From positions 5,190,001 to 5,222,000 of the forward strand of contig NZ_LN831024.1 of NCBI RefSeq assembly GCF_001457615.1: DNA of 32,000 nt, read 5' to 3'. A model generated the notes under the pieces. That model did no database searches. It was not told where the DNA came from and was given only the letters and a program-made list of their open reading frames with translations. This DNA is from Pseudomonas aeruginosa. GTDB taxonomy: Bacteria > Pseudomonadota > Gammaproteobacteria > Pseudomonadales > Pseudomonadaceae. Below are positions 30,572 to 32,000 of the stretch, piece by piece; the stretch's first letter is position 1; each line of letters begins with the position of its first letter. Both the position numbers and the translations under genes were made by a program.

Positions 30572-31783
30572 ATGTCCAGCCAACCCAGCTCCCTGCTCCG
30601 CCATCGTCCCTTCCTCGCCTTCTGGCTGGCCCGCGTCTGCACCGCCAGCGGCTTCCAGATGCTCACCGTGGCCATCGGCTGGCACATCTACGAACTGACC
30701 GGCAATGTCCTCGACCTGGGCCTGGTAGGCCTGGTCGAATTCCTCCCGCGGGTACTGTTCATGCTCCACACCGGGCATGTTGCCGACCGCTACGACCGAC
30801 GCAGAATCGCCGCCCTCTGCCAGGCCGGCCAGGCCCTGGTGGCGGTGGCACTGGTGCTCGGCGCGGCTTCGGGAGAGATCACCCGCAACATGATCTTCGT
30901 CCTCGCCTTCGCCCTCGGTACCGCCCGCGCCTTCGAAATGCCGACCACCCAGGCGCTGCTGCCGAACCTGGTACCGGCCGGGCTGTTCCCGCGCGCGGTG
31001 GCCGCTTCGGCTTCGGCGATGCAGGCGGCGACCATTGCCGCCCCGGCCCTCGGCGGCCTGCTCTATGCGTTCGGTGCCTCCTGGGTCTACGTGCCGACCG
31101 CGACTCTCTACGTCCTCGCGTGCGTCCTGACGCTCAGCCTGCCGGTACGCAACCAGCCGCTCACCCAGGGCAAGGCCACCCTCGACTCGCTGCTCGCCGG
31201 CATCCGTTTCATCCGCAGCCGACCGGACATCTTCGGGGCAATCTCCCTCGACCTGTTCGCCGTGCTCCTCGGCGGCGCCACCGCCCTGCTCCCGGTGTTC
31301 GCCAAGGACATCCTGCTCACCGGGCCCTGGGGCCTCGGCCTGCTGCGCTCGGCTCCAGCGGTGGGCGCCCTGGCGATGTCGTTCTGGCTGGCGCACTTCA
31401 GCATCGAACGCAACGTCGGGCGGATCATGTTCCTCTCCGTGGGCATCTTCGGCCTGGCAACCATCGCCTTCGGCCTGTCGAAATCGTTCTGGCTGTCCCT
31501 CGGCGTGCTGGTGGTACTCGGCGCCGCGGACATGGTCAGCATGGTCATCCGCGGCGCCTTCGTGCAGCTCGAAACCCCCGACGAGATGCGCGGCCGGGTC
31601 AGCGCGGTGAACGGCCTGTTCATCGGCGCCTCGAACCAGCTCGGCGAGTTCGAGTCCGGGCTCACCGCACACTGGTTCGGCACGGTACCGGCAGTGGTCC
31701 TTGGCGGGATCGGCACCCTGGTGGTCACCGGAGCGTGGATGAAGCTGTTCCCTAGCCTGGCGCAACGCGACCGCCTGCACTGA
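30572..31783 (+). CDS. MFS transporter
   Basis: 403-aa multi-TM protein, MSSQPSSLLRHRPFLAFWLARVCTASGFQMLTVAIGWHIYELTG...LFMLHTGHVADRYDRRRI (MFS motif A-like). Confidence 0.93.
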   Translation: MSSQPSSLLRHRPFLAFWLARVCTASGFQMLTVAIGWHIYELTGNVLDLGLVGLVEFLPRVLFMLHTGHVADRYDRRRIAALCQAGQALVAVALVLGAASGEITRNMIFVLAFALGTARAFEMPTTQALLPNLVPAGLFPRAVAASASAMQAATIAAPALGGLLYAFGASWVYVPTATLYVLACVLTLSLPVRNQPLTQGKATLDSLLAGIRFIRSRPDIFGAISLDLFAVLLGGATALLPVFAKDILLTGPWGLGLLRSAPAVGALAMSFWLAHFSIERNVGRIMFLSVGIFGLATIAFGLSKSFWLSLGVLVVLGAADMVSMVIRGAFVQLETPDEMRGRVSAVNGLFIGASNQLGEFESGLTAHWFGTVPAVVLGGIGTLVVTGAWMKLFPSLAQRDRLH

Positions 31784-31888
31784 GGCCAATGCCGTCGCGC
31801 GCCGCTGCCCCGACAGCGGCGTATCGGCGATAACGCCTGGGGCGTTATCCGTCCTCCCCATGGAACACCGCACCTTCTCGGCAATAAG

Positions 31889-31914
31889 AAAGCCCGGCAT
31901 CGAGCCGGGCTTTT
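31889..31914. terminator. Rho-independent terminator
   Basis: AAAGCCCGGC-atcga-GCCGGGCTTTT, between the MFS gene and a minus-strand gene entering from the right. Confidence 0.85.
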
Positions 31915-31942
31915 CTCGCACCTTGCGGCGTGATCCGCGGTG

Positions 31943-32000
31943 TCAGGCGGGGCGCCGCATCTCCCGATGCAGGCGGTCGACGGTGCGCTCGCTACCGTTG
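31943..32000 (-). CDS. C-terminal fragment of a protein running off the right edge
   Basis: Open minus-strand frame ...NGSERTVDRLHREMRRPA* ending at TGA (31945-31943), just before a terminator. Too short for family assignment. Confidence 0.5.
   Translation of the reverse strand, partial: NGSERTVDRLHREMRRPA

Noticed and set aside
1-32000. Search for CRISPR arrays, tRNA/rRNA genes, IS elements, integrases, toxin-antitoxin or defence clusters
   Set aside because: No regularly spaced repeats, cloverleaf genes, transposase/integrase motifs or defence-type gene pairs were seen. The window reads as ordinary core chromosome.

Overview
This window looks like Pseudomonas aeruginosa core chromosome. 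I recognise the gene order from memory as the mexCD-oprJ/nfxB to morA to cstA to mapZ to radA to katB to mscL region, but I ran no database search. Contents in order: 3' part of mexD (frameshifted), mexC, nfxB, morA (PAS/GGDEF/EAL), glyA, a small conserved protein, a cstA/ybdD-like/CobW-like cluster, a DUF3015-like protein, mapZ (PilZ), radA, a small membrane protein, a YdcH-like protein, ankB, katB, mscL, an fpr-type ferredoxin-NADP reductase, an orphan TRAP-type DctP-like binding protein, an RlmG-like methyltransferase, a five-gene operon for a Tat-exported molybdenum hydroxylase with a c-type cytochrome subunit plus XdhC-like and MobA/MocA-like maturation factors, an MFS transporter, and the C-terminus of one more protein. 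I saw no CRISPR, tRNA/rRNA, transposase, prophage or defence island, and no convincing wholly new system. The best signals are: (1) a one-base frameshift in mexD; (2) a 20-bp near-perfect palindrome overlapping a sigma70-like promoter in the nfxB-mexC intergenic region; (3) the cytochrome-linked Mo-hydroxylase operon of unknown substrate; (4) a structured, unexplained 527-bp katB-mscL intergenic region.
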